DNA from: a virus | Reading direction: 5' to 3' (one strand) | Virus record (IMG/VR): IMGVR_UViG_3300021961_000026 | Location: 81,016-145,015 of that record | Length of the DNA stretch: 64,000 nucleotides | Shown: positions 37,598 to 47,129 of the stretch, one piece after another | Numbering within the stretch: the stretch's first letter is position 1 | How the letters are laid out: each line of letters starts with the position of its first letter | Program-made: the position numbers and the translations under genes | The notes under the pieces: model-generated | The model's database searches: none | Told to the model about the DNA's origin: nothing | What the model saw: the letters and a program-made list of their open reading frames with translations, nothing else

Positions 37598-37865
37598 TAT
37601 TTTATCCAATCCTATTAGTCTAGAAAAAGATAGTAGGAAGTCTGGACTAATAGGCTGGATCGGTCTCATAGGTATCATAGTTTTATATGATGTTTATGCG
37701 ATAAAAACTAAAAAGATCGAAACATTAACTAGATCTTTTTGGCGTCACACAGAACAGACAATTGGAAAAAATATATTTATAGGAGCGTGGTTAGGTTTAA
37801 CTTTCCATCTTTTGTTGGAAAAGATGATTAGGAAAAAGTATCTGAGTAAGATAGGAAAATTTTAA
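37542..37865 (+). CDS. Small membrane protein
   Basis: Two hydrophobic segments (GLIGWIGLIGIIVLY; IFIGAWLGLTFHLLL); start uncertain. Confidence 0.55.
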   Translation: MAEKKLKNGTVFRQQKLSNILSNPISLEKDSRKSGLIGWIGLIGIIVLYDVYAIKTKKIETLTRSFWRHTEQTIGKNIFIGAWLGLTFHLLLEKMIRKKYLSKIGKF

Positions 37866-37906
37866 TCAGGAATAACACCTAGATACAATTTGAGCTACTG
37901 GCTCTG

Positions 37907-37915
37907 TGATATAAT
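37907..37915 (+). promoter_or_regulatory. Extended -10 promoter (TG-A-TATAAT)
   Basis: TGATATAAT in the intergenic gap at the structural/metabolic module boundary. Confidence 0.6.
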
Positions 37916-37955
37916 TATCCCACAGTGTTAGTAGGCGGTAATCACAAACATAGTT

Positions 37956-37988
37956 GTCCCGCCCGAAAGGGCGGGACTAATGTTTTTA
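37956..37988 (+). terminator. GC-rich hairpin with GAAA tetraloop and T-tract
   Basis: GTCCCGCCC-GAAA-GGGCGGGAC followed by TAATGTTTTT. Confidence 0.75.
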
Positions 37989-38032
37989 TTGCAGGCTTTT
38001 ATGGGTTTAGATGGTTTTATAAGGGATTATAA

Positions 38033-38734
38033 ATGTCTTATCAAGATTTAGAAAAAGTAGTTAATGAACGAGTTATTTCAGTTGAAGTAGCGGAAAAATA
38101 TCTCACCATTTTTCTTGGACCTCATGACTGGAAGAAAGCTTTATTAAAACTATGGGAGTCTTCAGGGGCTAAGAGAAAAGACGCAGAAGAACGAAAAGAG
38201 TTTGTAAAAAAATCCATAAGTTGTGCAGTACTTCTCAACTATACAGAAAAGAGTGCTATACCCAAACCACCCGATAATCTATTGTATTGGTGTTCTGGAT
38301 GGCTTCAGTTTAAAGAAAGAGATTGGTTTAAAATGTTTCAAGATCTCTTAAAAGAAGACATTAAAATCGCTGAGGATAGAAATAAAGCAATTATGTTAGG
38401 TATAATAGATCCAATTGATATATCTCCAGTTACTAGACAAGCATTTAATTGGCTTTACAATGCAGCAAAAGATAATGGATATGTAAATGAAGATAACGCA
38501 GATGAGTTAAAATCAAAGTTTTCCAATTTAGTTATGGCTTACGGTGGTGCAGTTGTTTGTAATATTTTTATGAATCACGAAAATGTTATAAAGAACATGT
38601 TCAACTGGAGAAGTGGATACTTTTTTGAAAGAGAAATACACAAAATATACACAACAGATCAAATACTTAAGATTAAAAATTTAGAGTTACAAAAAGCAAA
38701 TCAAAATTACGTTAAAAAGATACAAGCAAAATAA
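38033..38734 (+). CDS. Hypothetical protein
   Basis: 233 aa ORF with AAGGGA SD. Confidence 0.7.
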   Translation: MSYQDLEKVVNERVISVEVAEKYLTIFLGPHDWKKALLKLWESSGAKRKDAEERKEFVKKSISCAVLLNYTEKSAIPKPPDNLLYWCSGWLQFKERDWFKMFQDLLKEDIKIAEDRNKAIMLGIIDPIDISPVTRQAFNWLYNAAKDNGYVNEDNADELKSKFSNLVMAYGGAVVCNIFMNHENVIKNMFNWRSGYFFEREIHKIYTTDQILKIKNLELQKANQNYVKKIQAK

Positions 38735-38751
38735 TTTACAAGGAGATAAAA

Positions 38752-40683
38752 ATGCAATCCGATATTCTTTCAGAAGAATTTGTACAGTCCTACGCAACAA
38801 AAACGCCACCTTGGGGCTTTAATGGAATGGGTGAGATAGTCTACAAGAGAACCTATTCTAGGGACATTGAATCTTTGGGAAGAAAAGAAAACTGGCATGA
38901 GACAATTGCCCGTTGCGTTAACGGAGCTCAAGAAATTGGTGCTAATTACACCAAGGAAGAAGCTGAAAGATTATTTGATTACATATTTAACCTTAAGGGT
39001 ACTTTTTCTGGTCGTGCTTTATGGCAGTTGGGTACACCGCTAGTTAAGAAGATGAGTGGTGTTTCACTTGTAAACTGCTGGATGACAACAATATCAAAAG
39101 TAGATGACTTTAAATTCTTAATGGATCACCTAATGCTTGGTGGTGGTGTTGGATATACAGTGGAAAGAGCATCTGTGCATGAGTTTCCAAAGGTTAAAGA
39201 TGTTGACCATATCAGACATGAGCGTTCAAACGATGCCGACTTTATAGTTCCTGATTCAAGATTTGGCTGGTCAGAATTACTTGGTAAAGTTCTTGATAGC
39301 TATTTCTGCACTGGCAAATCTTTTACCTATTCAACTATTCTTATTCGTGGTTTTGGTGCACCGCTAAAAACGTTTGGCGGAACAGCATCAGGTCCAGAGG
39401 TCCTCATCGAAGGAATAACCGACATATGTAAGATTCTTAGTTCAAGAGCTGGGAAGAAGATTAGGTCAATTGATGCCCTTGATATTGCTAACATTATTGG
39501 CAAGGTGGTAGTAGCAGGTTCGGCACGTCGTTCAGCTCAAATTGCAATTGGAGATCCTGATGATTTCTTATTCCTTCGCGCAAAAAATTGGGGTAAGGGT
39601 GATATTCCTGGTTGGAGAGCTAATTCAAATAACTCAATATATGCAGACGCATATGATGAAATCATTGAAGAATTCTGGAAAGGTTATGACGGCTCAGGTG
39701 AACCATATGGTCTTATCAATAGAGCACTTATCAGAAAAAATGGTAGATTAGGAGAAAAGGTTAATGACTCAAAAGTTATTGGTACGAACCCATGTGGTGA
39801 AATCGGTCTGGAAGACGGAGAGCCTTGCAACCTTGCAGAAATTTTTCTACCAAATATATCTTCAAAAGAAGAATTAATCGATCTTAGCAAGCTTCTTTAC
39901 AAGACGCAGAAAGCCATTACAACTCTTGCTTACCCATATCAAAAGAGTATGGAAGTAATTGCAAAGAACCGTAGACTCGGTCAGGGAATTACTGGATGGT
40001 TGCAATCAACTCAAGAACAGCTTTCCTGGGTTAGCGATTGCTACAATGAGCTTAAGTCATTTGACTCAGAGTGGTCGAAGAATTTAGGTATCAACCCATC
40101 AATTAAGCTAACAACTGTCAAGCCTAGCGGAACCCTAAGCTTGTTAGCGGGTGTTACGCCAGGAATTCACCCAGCTTATGCAAAACATTACATTCGCAGA
40201 GTAAGAATGGGTAGCAGCGATCCACTGGTTCAGTACTGTAGAGACAAGGGATACAAGGTTGTTTATGATGTTGGTATTGACGGTAAAGAAAATCACACTA
40301 TTTGTGTTGTTGAATTTCCAGCAGAAACTCCCGACCACGCTACGTTAGCTAAGGATTTAACTGCAATTAATCAGCTTGAATGGGTTGTTAAGGCTCAGTC
40401 TAATTGGGCAGATAATAACGTTAGTGTTACTGTATATTATAGAAAAGAAGAACTTAATGATATACAGGATTGGCTAAAAGCAAATTATAAGAATAAGGTT
40501 AAGTCTGTATCATTCCTTCTTCATAGTGAGCATGGTTTTGCTCTTGCTCCATATGAAGAGATTAGTGAAGATGAATACAACAAGCTTAAGTCAAAGATTA
40601 AGGAAGTGTCATTTACTGATATATCTGGAGATTTTTCTCTTGATGATTTAGAGTGCGCTACCGGAGCTTGTCCAATAAAGTAG
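38752..40683 (+). CDS. nrdJ: Class II (B12-dependent) ribonucleotide reductase
   Basis: TNPCGEI..CNL, TTVKPSGTLSLLAGVTPGIHP and C-terminal CATGACPIK; 643 aa monomeric RTPR type. Confidence 0.93.
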   Translation: MQSDILSEEFVQSYATKTPPWGFNGMGEIVYKRTYSRDIESLGRKENWHETIARCVNGAQEIGANYTKEEAERLFDYIFNLKGTFSGRALWQLGTPLVKKMSGVSLVNCWMTTISKVDDFKFLMDHLMLGGGVGYTVERASVHEFPKVKDVDHIRHERSNDADFIVPDSRFGWSELLGKVLDSYFCTGKSFTYSTILIRGFGAPLKTFGGTASGPEVLIEGITDICKILSSRAGKKIRSIDALDIANIIGKVVVAGSARRSAQIAIGDPDDFLFLRAKNWGKGDIPGWRANSNNSIYADAYDEIIEEFWKGYDGSGEPYGLINRALIRKNGRLGEKVNDSKVIGTNPCGEIGLEDGEPCNLAEIFLPNISSKEELIDLSKLLYKTQKAITTLAYPYQKSMEVIAKNRRLGQGITGWLQSTQEQLSWVSDCYNELKSFDSEWSKNLGINPSIKLTTVKPSGTLSLLAGVTPGIHPAYAKHYIRRVRMGSSDPLVQYCRDKGYKVVYDVGIDGKENHTICVVEFPAETPDHATLAKDLTAINQLEWVVKAQSNWADNNVSVTVYYRKEELNDIQDWLKANYKNKVKSVSFLLHSEHGFALAPYEEISEDEYNKLKSKIKEVSFTDISGDFSLDDLECATGACPIK

Positions 40684-40691
40684 AGCTTAAA

Positions 40692-41027
40692 ATGTCTGAT
40701 GAACATATGGATAATGATAAGATAAACGAATTATTTTCCGAAATCATAAAATCAACAAATATCAATGAAGTAAATGAAGATAAGGAAAAGCTTCTTGCCT
40801 ATGACCTAAAGCAGCTTGTATTATTGCAGGAGGTTTTAGGCGATTGTGTTTCTAATGTTTCTCAAATCATTTTTATGTTACTTAGTAATGAACCGCCTAT
40901 TAATGAGGATATACCTGAAGTTTTAGATATTTTATATAAGTCAGGTGAAGATTTAAACAACTGTATGGTAGAATTGTTCATTGAATTAGATCAGAGTTTT
41001 AATATTGACGAGGAAGAAGATGAGTGA
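40692..41027 (+). CDS. Acidic hypothetical protein
   Basis: ORF between nrdJ and thyX; ATG 40692 preferred over the overlapping GTG. Confidence 0.6.
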   Translation: MSDEHMDNDKINELFSEIIKSTNINEVNEDKEKLLAYDLKQLVLLQEVLGDCVSNVSQIIFMLLSNEPPINEDIPEVLDILYKSGEDLNNCMVELFIELDQSFNIDEEEDE

Positions 41028-41745
41028 AAACATTGCTTTAGAGAAGCAAAACAATTTTATTGATGTTTTAGATAAAGGTTATGTTAGATTAGTTGACACA
41101 ATGGGATCGGATTTATCCGTTGCCAATGCTGCTCGCGCCTCTTATGCAAAAGAGAGTAAAGAAATTAGCCCTGGTGATGCACGACTGATTGATTTCTTAG
41201 CAAGAGAAAATCACATGTCACCGTTCAGACATGCTTTTGCTACATTTGAATTTAAAGCACCACTCATGGTAGCTAGACAGCATTGGAAATATGTTGTAGG
41301 CTCAGACCATACAATGGATTCTTGGAATGAGTCATCTAGACGATATATAACTATGGAGCCAGAATTCTATATTCCAAAAAACGATGAATGGAGAATGGCA
41401 CCAGAAAATTCAAAGCAGGGATCTGGTGGTCCGGTTGATCCATGGACTGGTTCAATTCTTACTGAGAATTTAATTAAATACGTTGAACAAGGTGAAGCTA
41501 TTTATAATTTAGCCCTTGAATCTGGGGTAGCCCCTGAACAGGCTAGACTTATGTTACCAGCTTATGGAATGTATGTAGTATATAGATGGTCATGTTCTTT
41601 GCAGTCCGTGTGTCTCTTTCTTAATCAAAGACTTGAGCACGATTCCCAATATGAAATTAGAGAATATGCAAAGGCAGTGCATCATTTGATAGCTCCAGTT
41701 TTTCCTGTCACAATCAATTGTCTGGTTCATAAAAATGATATATGA
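41020..41745 (+). CDS. thyX: Flavin-dependent thymidylate synthase
   Basis: GYVRLVD.MGSDL..ANAARAS, H.SPFRH, VARQ..WNESSRRY, APEQAR and R..HDSQYEIR motifs. Confidence 0.92.
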   Translation: MSENIALEKQNNFIDVLDKGYVRLVDTMGSDLSVANAARASYAKESKEISPGDARLIDFLARENHMSPFRHAFATFEFKAPLMVARQHWKYVVGSDHTMDSWNESSRRYITMEPEFYIPKNDEWRMAPENSKQGSGGPVDPWTGSILTENLIKYVEQGEAIYNLALESGVAPEQARLMLPAYGMYVVYRWSCSLQSVCLFLNQRLEHDSQYEIREYAKAVHHLIAPVFPVTINCLVHKNDI

Positions 41746-41899
41746 TTTCTTCATTGCAATAATTTTTACTCTTTTAATTAACTATATAGTTTCCTTGCAG
41801 TTGGTGGCACAATTTAGTGAAACAAAAAGAACTAAAAATATTGCCATATCTTTAGCGCTATTTATTGGGTTTTTGTCTGGTATATTAATTTTGATTTAA
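41735..41899 (+). CDS. Small two-TM membrane protein (54 aa, absent from ORF track)
   Basis: MIYDFFIAIIFTLLINYIVSL...IAISLALFIGFLSGILILI; fills the gap exactly. Confidence 0.6.
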   Translation: MIYDFFIAIIFTLLINYIVSLQLVAQFSETKRTKNIAISLALFIGFLSGILILI

Positions 41900-41900
41900 T

Positions 41901-42350
41901 ATGAAGGTACAAAGAAAAGATATCCAATTTATGGATATGTGTGAAATCTCCGCTACAATTTTTTCTACATGTTCTAAAAGAAAATATTGTGCTGTACTGG
42001 TTGATGAATCTAATCATATAGTTGGCTTTGGTTATAATGGTGGACCAAGTGGTTTTGAGCACTGCAATGATGGTGGCTGTCCTAGGGTTTACGAAGATAG
42101 CCCCAATGGATCAAACTATGATAACTGTATAGCCATTCACGCAGAAGCAAATGCTTTCCTACATAGCGACTATAGCGCAAAGCCCACTAAGATATACGTA
42201 AATGGACCTCCATGTTTTTCTTGTGCTAAGCTAATAGCAAATAGCACAGTTAAATACGTTTATTATAAAAAAGATGACCATTATCTTCAGTGGGATACTG
42301 TAAAGAAATTTCTTAATAAGTCAGATGTAAAAACAATAGAGGTTAGGTAG
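41901..42350 (+). CDS. dCMP deaminase
   Basis: HAEANA and PCFSC zinc motifs; GYNG. Confidence 0.9.
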   Translation: MKVQRKDIQFMDMCEISATIFSTCSKRKYCAVLVDESNHIVGFGYNGGPSGFEHCNDGGCPRVYEDSPNGSNYDNCIAIHAEANAFLHSDYSAKPTKIYVNGPPCFSCAKLIANSTVKYVYYKKDDHYLQWDTVKKFLNKSDVKTIEVR

Positions 42351-42565
42351 TGCCAGCGTCAAAGCTAAATTATTTAGTTGTATATAAAAACCATAGTCAG
42401 GTTTATGGTTGTTCTTCGCAAAAAATTGCGCTAGATTCACCACCACCAGATGGTTTATCTCAAGATGATAAAAATATATTTTTTGTTACATTTGAGCCAG
42501 ACTCAGATAATATATGCCTTTATAAAGTAGAAGATCAATTAGAAGAAAAACAAGAAAATGAATAA
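42350..42565 (+). CDS. Hypothetical protein
   Basis: 71 aa, coupled to its neighbours. Confidence 0.6.
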   Translation: MPASKLNYLVVYKNHSQVYGCSSQKIALDSPPPDGLSQDDKNIFFVTFEPDSDNICLYKVEDQLEEKQENE

Positions 42566-42779
42566 GAAAAAAGTTACAGTAAAAGTAGCTCCTGGTCAAG
42601 CAGTTTTTGTTGCAGACCTAAATGTATTAGATCACATAAAGTCTACATACATTTACATGTCTCAAAACTGCGAAGACTCAAATGAGGCAAACTCATGGGT
42701 ACAAATAACTAAAGACATAGATGAGTGGATTGAAAAAACTTATGTTCCTGAGCAAGGAAATTATGAAGAAGAATGGTAA
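42558..42779 (+). CDS. Hypothetical protein
   Basis: 73 aa, overlapping start/stop with neighbours. Confidence 0.6.
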   Translation: MNKKKVTVKVAPGQAVFVADLNVLDHIKSTYIYMSQNCEDSNEANSWVQITKDIDEWIEKTYVPEQGNYEEEW

Positions 42780-43017
42780 CATTTTATTGGCGTCTTCCAT
42801 TATAGGATTGATAGGACTATCAGTGTATAATTATTTTAAATTTAAAAATCAATTTAAAGATCAAGCCACAATGAATCAATATAAAAATAGGTTAATAGAA
42901 TTCTTCGATAAAGAATCTATTGATGAAGTTTTTAAGGAAATGAATTATTATATTGGCTTTGGATTATCACCAGAAAATGCCTTTGATCTTATAACTGCTA
43001 AGGAGCCAAATGATTGA
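42763..43017 (+). CDS. Hypothetical protein with N-terminal TM segment
   Basis: AAGGA SD before ATG 42763; hydrophobic ILLASSIIGLIGLSVY. Confidence 0.55.
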   Translation: MKKNGNILLASSIIGLIGLSVYNYFKFKNQFKDQATMNQYKNRLIEFFDKESIDEVFKEMNYYIGFGLSPENAFDLITAKEPND

Positions 43018-43825
43018 TCTTTGTATAGTTAATTATAACTCAACAAAAGAATTGAAGAGATTTTTGGACACTCTTCACTCTGATTTAAAAAGTCCAAATG
43101 GCGCGCTTGAAAAAAACTGGAATCTGTATATTACAGATAATAATTCAACAGATAATTTTATCCCCTGGATAAGGGATAATGAAGATTCATACTATATTAA
43201 TAGGACTTATCTTCGTCAAAATATAGGATACTCAGCCGCTACAAATATGATGGCTAGTAATTCTAACGCAGAAATCATCGCAGTTTTAAACGCAGATGTA
43301 TGGATGTCATCAAGTGACTGTATAAAAATAGAAAATATTTTTAAAGAAAATCCAGACATACATATACTTGGACCCAAGCAGCGCGATGAGTATGGGCACA
43401 TAACTCATGCAGGAATAGTCGGAACCAATACAGCTCCAAGACATAGGGGTTGGAAAGAATTAGACAAATTAGATGAACTCTATAGGGATAGAGTTGAATG
43501 TGTTACGGTCTCAGGCTCTGCTTATTTTATTCGTAGAGAAGTATGGAATGCGTTGACCAATAATCCTAGATATCGAGATATGTATCCAAACGCAATAGGA
43601 GCATTTCTGCCTACTCCTCATTATTATGAAGAGACATGGTGTTCATACTTTGCTAGGCATTTAGGATATAAAGTTGTATATGACGGATCTGTTTCAATCG
43701 GCCATAGCTGGCACGCCTCTTCTCCTAAACCTGGAGAAGGCTATAGCCATGCCGACGCACAGTTTCCAATAAGTAGAGAAATATTTAGAAAAGCTTGTGA
43801 TTATATGGGAATAGAAAGAGATTAA
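43010..43825 (+). CDS. Glycosyltransferase family 2
   Basis: IVNYNS, DNNSTD, NIGYSAATN, LNAD, VSGSAYFIRR and YYEE motifs. Confidence 0.88.
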   Translation: MIDLCIVNYNSTKELKRFLDTLHSDLKSPNGALEKNWNLYITDNNSTDNFIPWIRDNEDSYYINRTYLRQNIGYSAATNMMASNSNAEIIAVLNADVWMSSSDCIKIENIFKENPDIHILGPKQRDEYGHITHAGIVGTNTAPRHRGWKELDKLDELYRDRVECVTVSGSAYFIRREVWNALTNNPRYRDMYPNAIGAFLPTPHYYEETWCSYFARHLGYKVVYDGSVSIGHSWHASSPKPGEGYSHADAQFPISREIFRKACDYMGIERD

Positions 43826-43826
43826 A

Positions 43827-44222
43827 ATGAAAGATAAGAACGTTTATTATTATAATGCAGAAGTCAAAAAGATAATCGATGGTGACACTTTTGACATTGT
43901 CATTGACCTTGGTTTTGACACACTTCGTAAAGGGCGAGTAAGATTATATGGGGTTAACACTCCAGAAAGTCGCACAACAAACTTAGAAGAAAAACAAAAG
44001 GGCTTAGCTGCAAAAGAATTTACTGATCAATGGCTCGCAAAAGCTGGACATAAAGTTAAGATAGAAACCATTCTTGATAAGAATGAAAAGTATGGAAGAG
44101 TTCTTGCTAGAGTTTGGAATGCCGACGGCCAATGTTTGAATACAGACATAGTTGCATCTGGGCTTGCTAGGGAGTATTATGGTGTTGGCGACAAAACATG
44201 GACAGAGTTTAAGAAAGATTAA
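43827..44222 (+). CDS. Thermonuclease (SNase-like)
   Basis: IIDGDT, RVRLYGVNTPE, KYGRVLA, LN..IVASGLA. Confidence 0.9.
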   Translation: MKDKNVYYYNAEVKKIIDGDTFDIVIDLGFDTLRKGRVRLYGVNTPESRTTNLEEKQKGLAAKEFTDQWLAKAGHKVKIETILDKNEKYGRVLARVWNADGQCLNTDIVASGLAREYYGVGDKTWTEFKKD

Positions 44223-44226
44223 GTAA

Positions 44227-44631
44227 ATGCAAACCTTTTTACCCTATCCGGATCTTTTACAATCAGTAAGAGTTTTGGATTATCGTCGGCTTGGAAAGCA
44301 AAGAGTAGAAACATTTCAAGTTTTAAACATTTTGCTTGATAGAACACCAACAAAAGGTTGGCGCAATCATCCTGTTACTCGTATGTGGACAGGATATGAG
44401 GAAGCATTAAAGCTTTACCAGAACTTTACAATAGAAGAATGGATAAAGCGAGGCTATAAGAATAGCATGAAGATGGAAGAGCTAGATTATAAGCGCATAA
44501 ATCTTCCACATTGGTTTGGAAATAAAGATTTTCATAAATCGCATAGGTCAAATCTTCTTAGAAAAGATTACGAATATTATTCTCAATACTTTGATGAACC
44601 AATAGATTTAGAATATTATTGGCCAACTTAG
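44227..44631 (+). CDS. Pyrimidine-dimer DNA glycosylase-like protein (MSMEG_6728 family)
   Basis: MQTFLPY, LDYRRLGKQRVE, GWRNHP...MW.GYE, H.SHRSNLLRKD. Confidence 0.85.
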   Translation: MQTFLPYPDLLQSVRVLDYRRLGKQRVETFQVLNILLDRTPTKGWRNHPVTRMWTGYEEALKLYQNFTIEEWIKRGYKNSMKMEELDYKRINLPHWFGNKDFHKSHRSNLLRKDYEYYSQYFDEPIDLEYYWPT

Positions 44632-44650
44632 ATCTTTAAAAGGTAAATAA

Positions 44651-45700
44651 ATGTCTTCAATTTTTGTACAAATAGGATCTTACCACGACTCAGAACTTGC
44701 TGAAACCATAAAGGACGTACTAGAAAAGTGTTCTGGATTTCATGATATCCATTTTGGTATTCACAATTGTTTTTATGAAGAAAATATTCTTAATGAAATT
44801 GAGTTAATAAAAAGTTTAGATAGTTTAAAAAAAACATACAAATTATCTATTTCTCATTCTAAGTTTCCGCAAAATGTAGGAGTTGGCATTAGCAGATATA
44901 TTGCAAATGAATTTTATCAAGACGAAGATTTTTATATGCAAATAGATTCTCACATGTTATTTACTTACAATTGGGATCTAATACTCATATCGTCACTAGA
45001 AAAAGCAAGTGAAGATGGAGTGGAGAAACCTCTAATAAGTTACTCTTTAAATAGTTATTTTATTGATGAAAAGAAAAGAAGATTTGTTGTAGAAGACGCT
45101 TTGAATTCTTTTTCCAATAAAAATATCAACATAAATGATCCCATATTTAAACAAAAACCAGAGATAAGTCAATATGGATTGCATCAGTTAGGTGAAAAAA
45201 CTGAGATTAATTGGGTTTTTTCTTCCGCTTTTAATTGTTCGATACCAACTATAAAATTTGAAAGTTTATTTAATTTTATTTATACTAATGGTGCGTTTCT
45301 TTTTTCTTATGGACATTTATCAAAAGTAAAACCAAATAAAAACATTCTTTACCTGGGAGACGAAGTGCTTCACTCTTCTAGGTTATACACGCATGGGTAT
45401 ACTATTTTGAGATTAAAAAATCCTTTTATAGTTTTTCATTTACATAGCACTCTACCTTCGCAAATTGATCCAAATCGTCAAACAGTTTCTTCTCCTGGTA
45501 GACGTAGTGTGCGTGAAGATCTTCAAAGTTATGTAAATAAAAAACAAGATAAAAATGAAATAACTGAAAATTTATTTGATTTTGTTTCTGAAAAAAGTAT
45601 AAATGAATTAAGAAAAATTATTGGTTTAAGAATAAAAGACGACCAATCTTTTGGCTTTGAAAGAGATTATCAAAAAATTATTGACAATTTGTTTGATTAG
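44651..45700 (+). CDS. GT60-like N-acetylglucosaminyltransferase
   Basis: IFVQIGSYHDSEL..TI, GVGISR, EDFYMQIDSHMLF..NWD, and GDE...S.RLYTHGY motifs. Confidence 0.75.
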   Translation: MSSIFVQIGSYHDSELAETIKDVLEKCSGFHDIHFGIHNCFYEENILNEIELIKSLDSLKKTYKLSISHSKFPQNVGVGISRYIANEFYQDEDFYMQIDSHMLFTYNWDLILISSLEKASEDGVEKPLISYSLNSYFIDEKKRRFVVEDALNSFSNKNININDPIFKQKPEISQYGLHQLGEKTEINWVFSSAFNCSIPTIKFESLFNFIYTNGAFLFSYGHLSKVKPNKNILYLGDEVLHSSRLYTHGYTILRLKNPFIVFHLHSTLPSQIDPNRQTVSSPGRRSVREDLQSYVNKKQDKNEITENLFDFVSEKSINELRKIIGLRIKDDQSFGFERDYQKIIDNLFD

Positions 45701-45717
45701 AAAAAGTACGATATAAT
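45689..45717 (+). promoter_or_regulatory. sigma70-type promoter, near-leaderless
   Basis: TTGTTT-17-TATAAT; ATG 8 nt after the -10 with no SD. Confidence 0.55.
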
Positions 45718-45725
45718 ACTTCTAT

Positions 45726-46130
45726 ATGACAGTTACAGTTTTTTTATCTGGCGCTATGGATTACGTTGGAGAGTATGCAACAAATTGGCGCAAAGAAGCT
45801 ACGTTCATGTTGACACAACGTGGTTATTCAGTGTATGATCCTACTTCAATACCTGAAGACAAAACAATGTCAGCAGAAGAAATCGCAAGAAAAAATATAT
45901 TTATGCAAGAAAGATCTGATGTTATTCTTGTAGAATATATGATAGAAGATCGCGCATATATAGGTACAGATTTTGAGTTGTCGTGGGCCAAAATTAATGG
46001 TCAACCAGCTGTAGTATTCTGTCACCCTTCATATAAAGATAGAGTTTATATGAAATATATGGCAACAAAACTTGCAGACAACCTGCAAGATGCGATAGAA
46101 TATATCGCAATTCATTATCCAACCAAATAA
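45726..46130 (+). CDS. Nucleoside 2-deoxyribosyltransferase-like protein
   Basis: VFLSGAM..WR..VYDP..SDVILV..GTDFELSWA. Confidence 0.75.
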   Translation: MTVTVFLSGAMDYVGEYATNWRKEATFMLTQRGYSVYDPTSIPEDKTMSAEEIARKNIFMQERSDVILVEYMIEDRAYIGTDFELSWAKINGQPAVVFCHPSYKDRVYMKYMATKLADNLQDAIEYIAIHYPTK

Positions 46131-46144
46131 TTGAAAGGACAAAA

Positions 46145-46339
46145 ATGTCAGAAAACAAGTTCAAGTACTTCACGGTTACCACAACTTCTATCGTGAAGGC
46201 AAACACGATGGCAGATGCGGAGAAGCTCGCAAAGAGCAACCGTCGCACCCTACCTGGTGTTTCAGGTGAGCTTATGTTCAGAGACGTTGATGTTGAGCGA
46301 ATTTCTGCAGTGCAGGCTCGCGAACAAATCGTTGACTGA
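46145..46339 (+). CDS. Hypothetical protein
   Basis: AAGGA SD; GC-richer codons; followed by a terminator. Confidence 0.7.
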   Translation: MSENKFKYFTVTTTSIVKANTMADAEKLAKSNRRTLPGVSGELMFRDVDVERISAVQAREQIVD

Positions 46340-46359
46340 TAGTTATTATTGGTTTGAGG

Positions 46360-46392
46360 TAGCGGGGGTAAAACCCCGCTATTCTCATTTTT
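46360..46392 (+). terminator. Intrinsic terminator-like hairpin
   Basis: TAGCGGGG-GTAAAA-CCCCGCTA followed by TTCTCATTTTT. Confidence 0.7.
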
Positions 46393-46405
46393 AAGATTGG
46401 AATTT

Positions 46406-47116
46406 ATGAGTCAAAAAGTTATTGCTCAAATGGTCGGACGTAATGAGTCCGAAAGATTTCTGAAAGATGTTCTTGAAAGACTGTCAAAGCAGGTAGACGA
46501 AATTGTTTTTACCGATGACTGCTCAGACGATAACACCGCAGAAATTGCTGCAAATTATGCAAATGTTTACAAGACACCAAAAAGAATGTTCAATGTTCAT
46601 GAAGCTAGACTTCGCAAGTATGCATGGCTAAATTTAGAAAATCATGCCACAGAAGGCGACTGGATTATTGCTATTGACTGCGACGAAATGCTATATGATA
46701 TTGATAATATTGATGCACTGGATGTAAAATCTGTTCTTAACAAATCAGAAAAAGATGTTGTTAATGTTCGCTTTTATCACATGTGGAATCAGACTCAATA
46801 TCGAGTAGATAAATTGTGGGCACCCACAAACAGCAGTAGAATTTTTAGGTATCTAAACGGTGGAACGTTCTTTGATAGAGAGTTAGCTTGTGGATCTGAA
46901 CCCACATATGTACTTAATATGTTAAAGCAAAATAATTTTTGGGTTAACTCAGGCTTAATTATGAAGCATCTGGGCTATGTCCATGATGAAGATAAGAAGT
47001 CAAAGTATGAAAGATACTCGCAATTAGATGGTGGAAAGTTCCACAATATAAATCATATTAATTCTATCGTAGATGAAAATCCAGTCTTAATTGACTGGGG
47101 AACATTCGGTTTATAA
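46406..47116 (+). CDS. Glycosyltransferase family 2-like
   Basis: RNE..FL, VDEIVFTDDCSDD, WIIAIDCDE (DXD) and HLGY motifs. Confidence 0.85.
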   Translation: MSQKVIAQMVGRNESERFLKDVLERLSKQVDEIVFTDDCSDDNTAEIAANYANVYKTPKRMFNVHEARLRKYAWLNLENHATEGDWIIAIDCDEMLYDIDNIDALDVKSVLNKSEKDVVNVRFYHMWNQTQYRVDKLWAPTNSSRIFRYLNGGTFFDRELACGSEPTYVLNMLKQNNFWVNSGLIMKHLGYVHDEDKKSKYERYSQLDGGKFHNINHINSIVDENPVLIDWGTFGL

Positions 47117-47129
47117 ACTGGAGAATGCA

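Noticed and set aside
40653-40691. In-frame CGG in the ORF-track N-terminus of 40653..41027 (likewise in 59995..60063)
   Set aside because: These extensions overlap upstream genes; the likelier starts are ATG 40692 and ATG 60064, so they are not counted as codons.
45681-45686. Perfect TTGACA as the -35 for the 45712 TATAAT
   Set aside because: The 25-nt spacing is too long; TTGTTT at 17 nt fits better.
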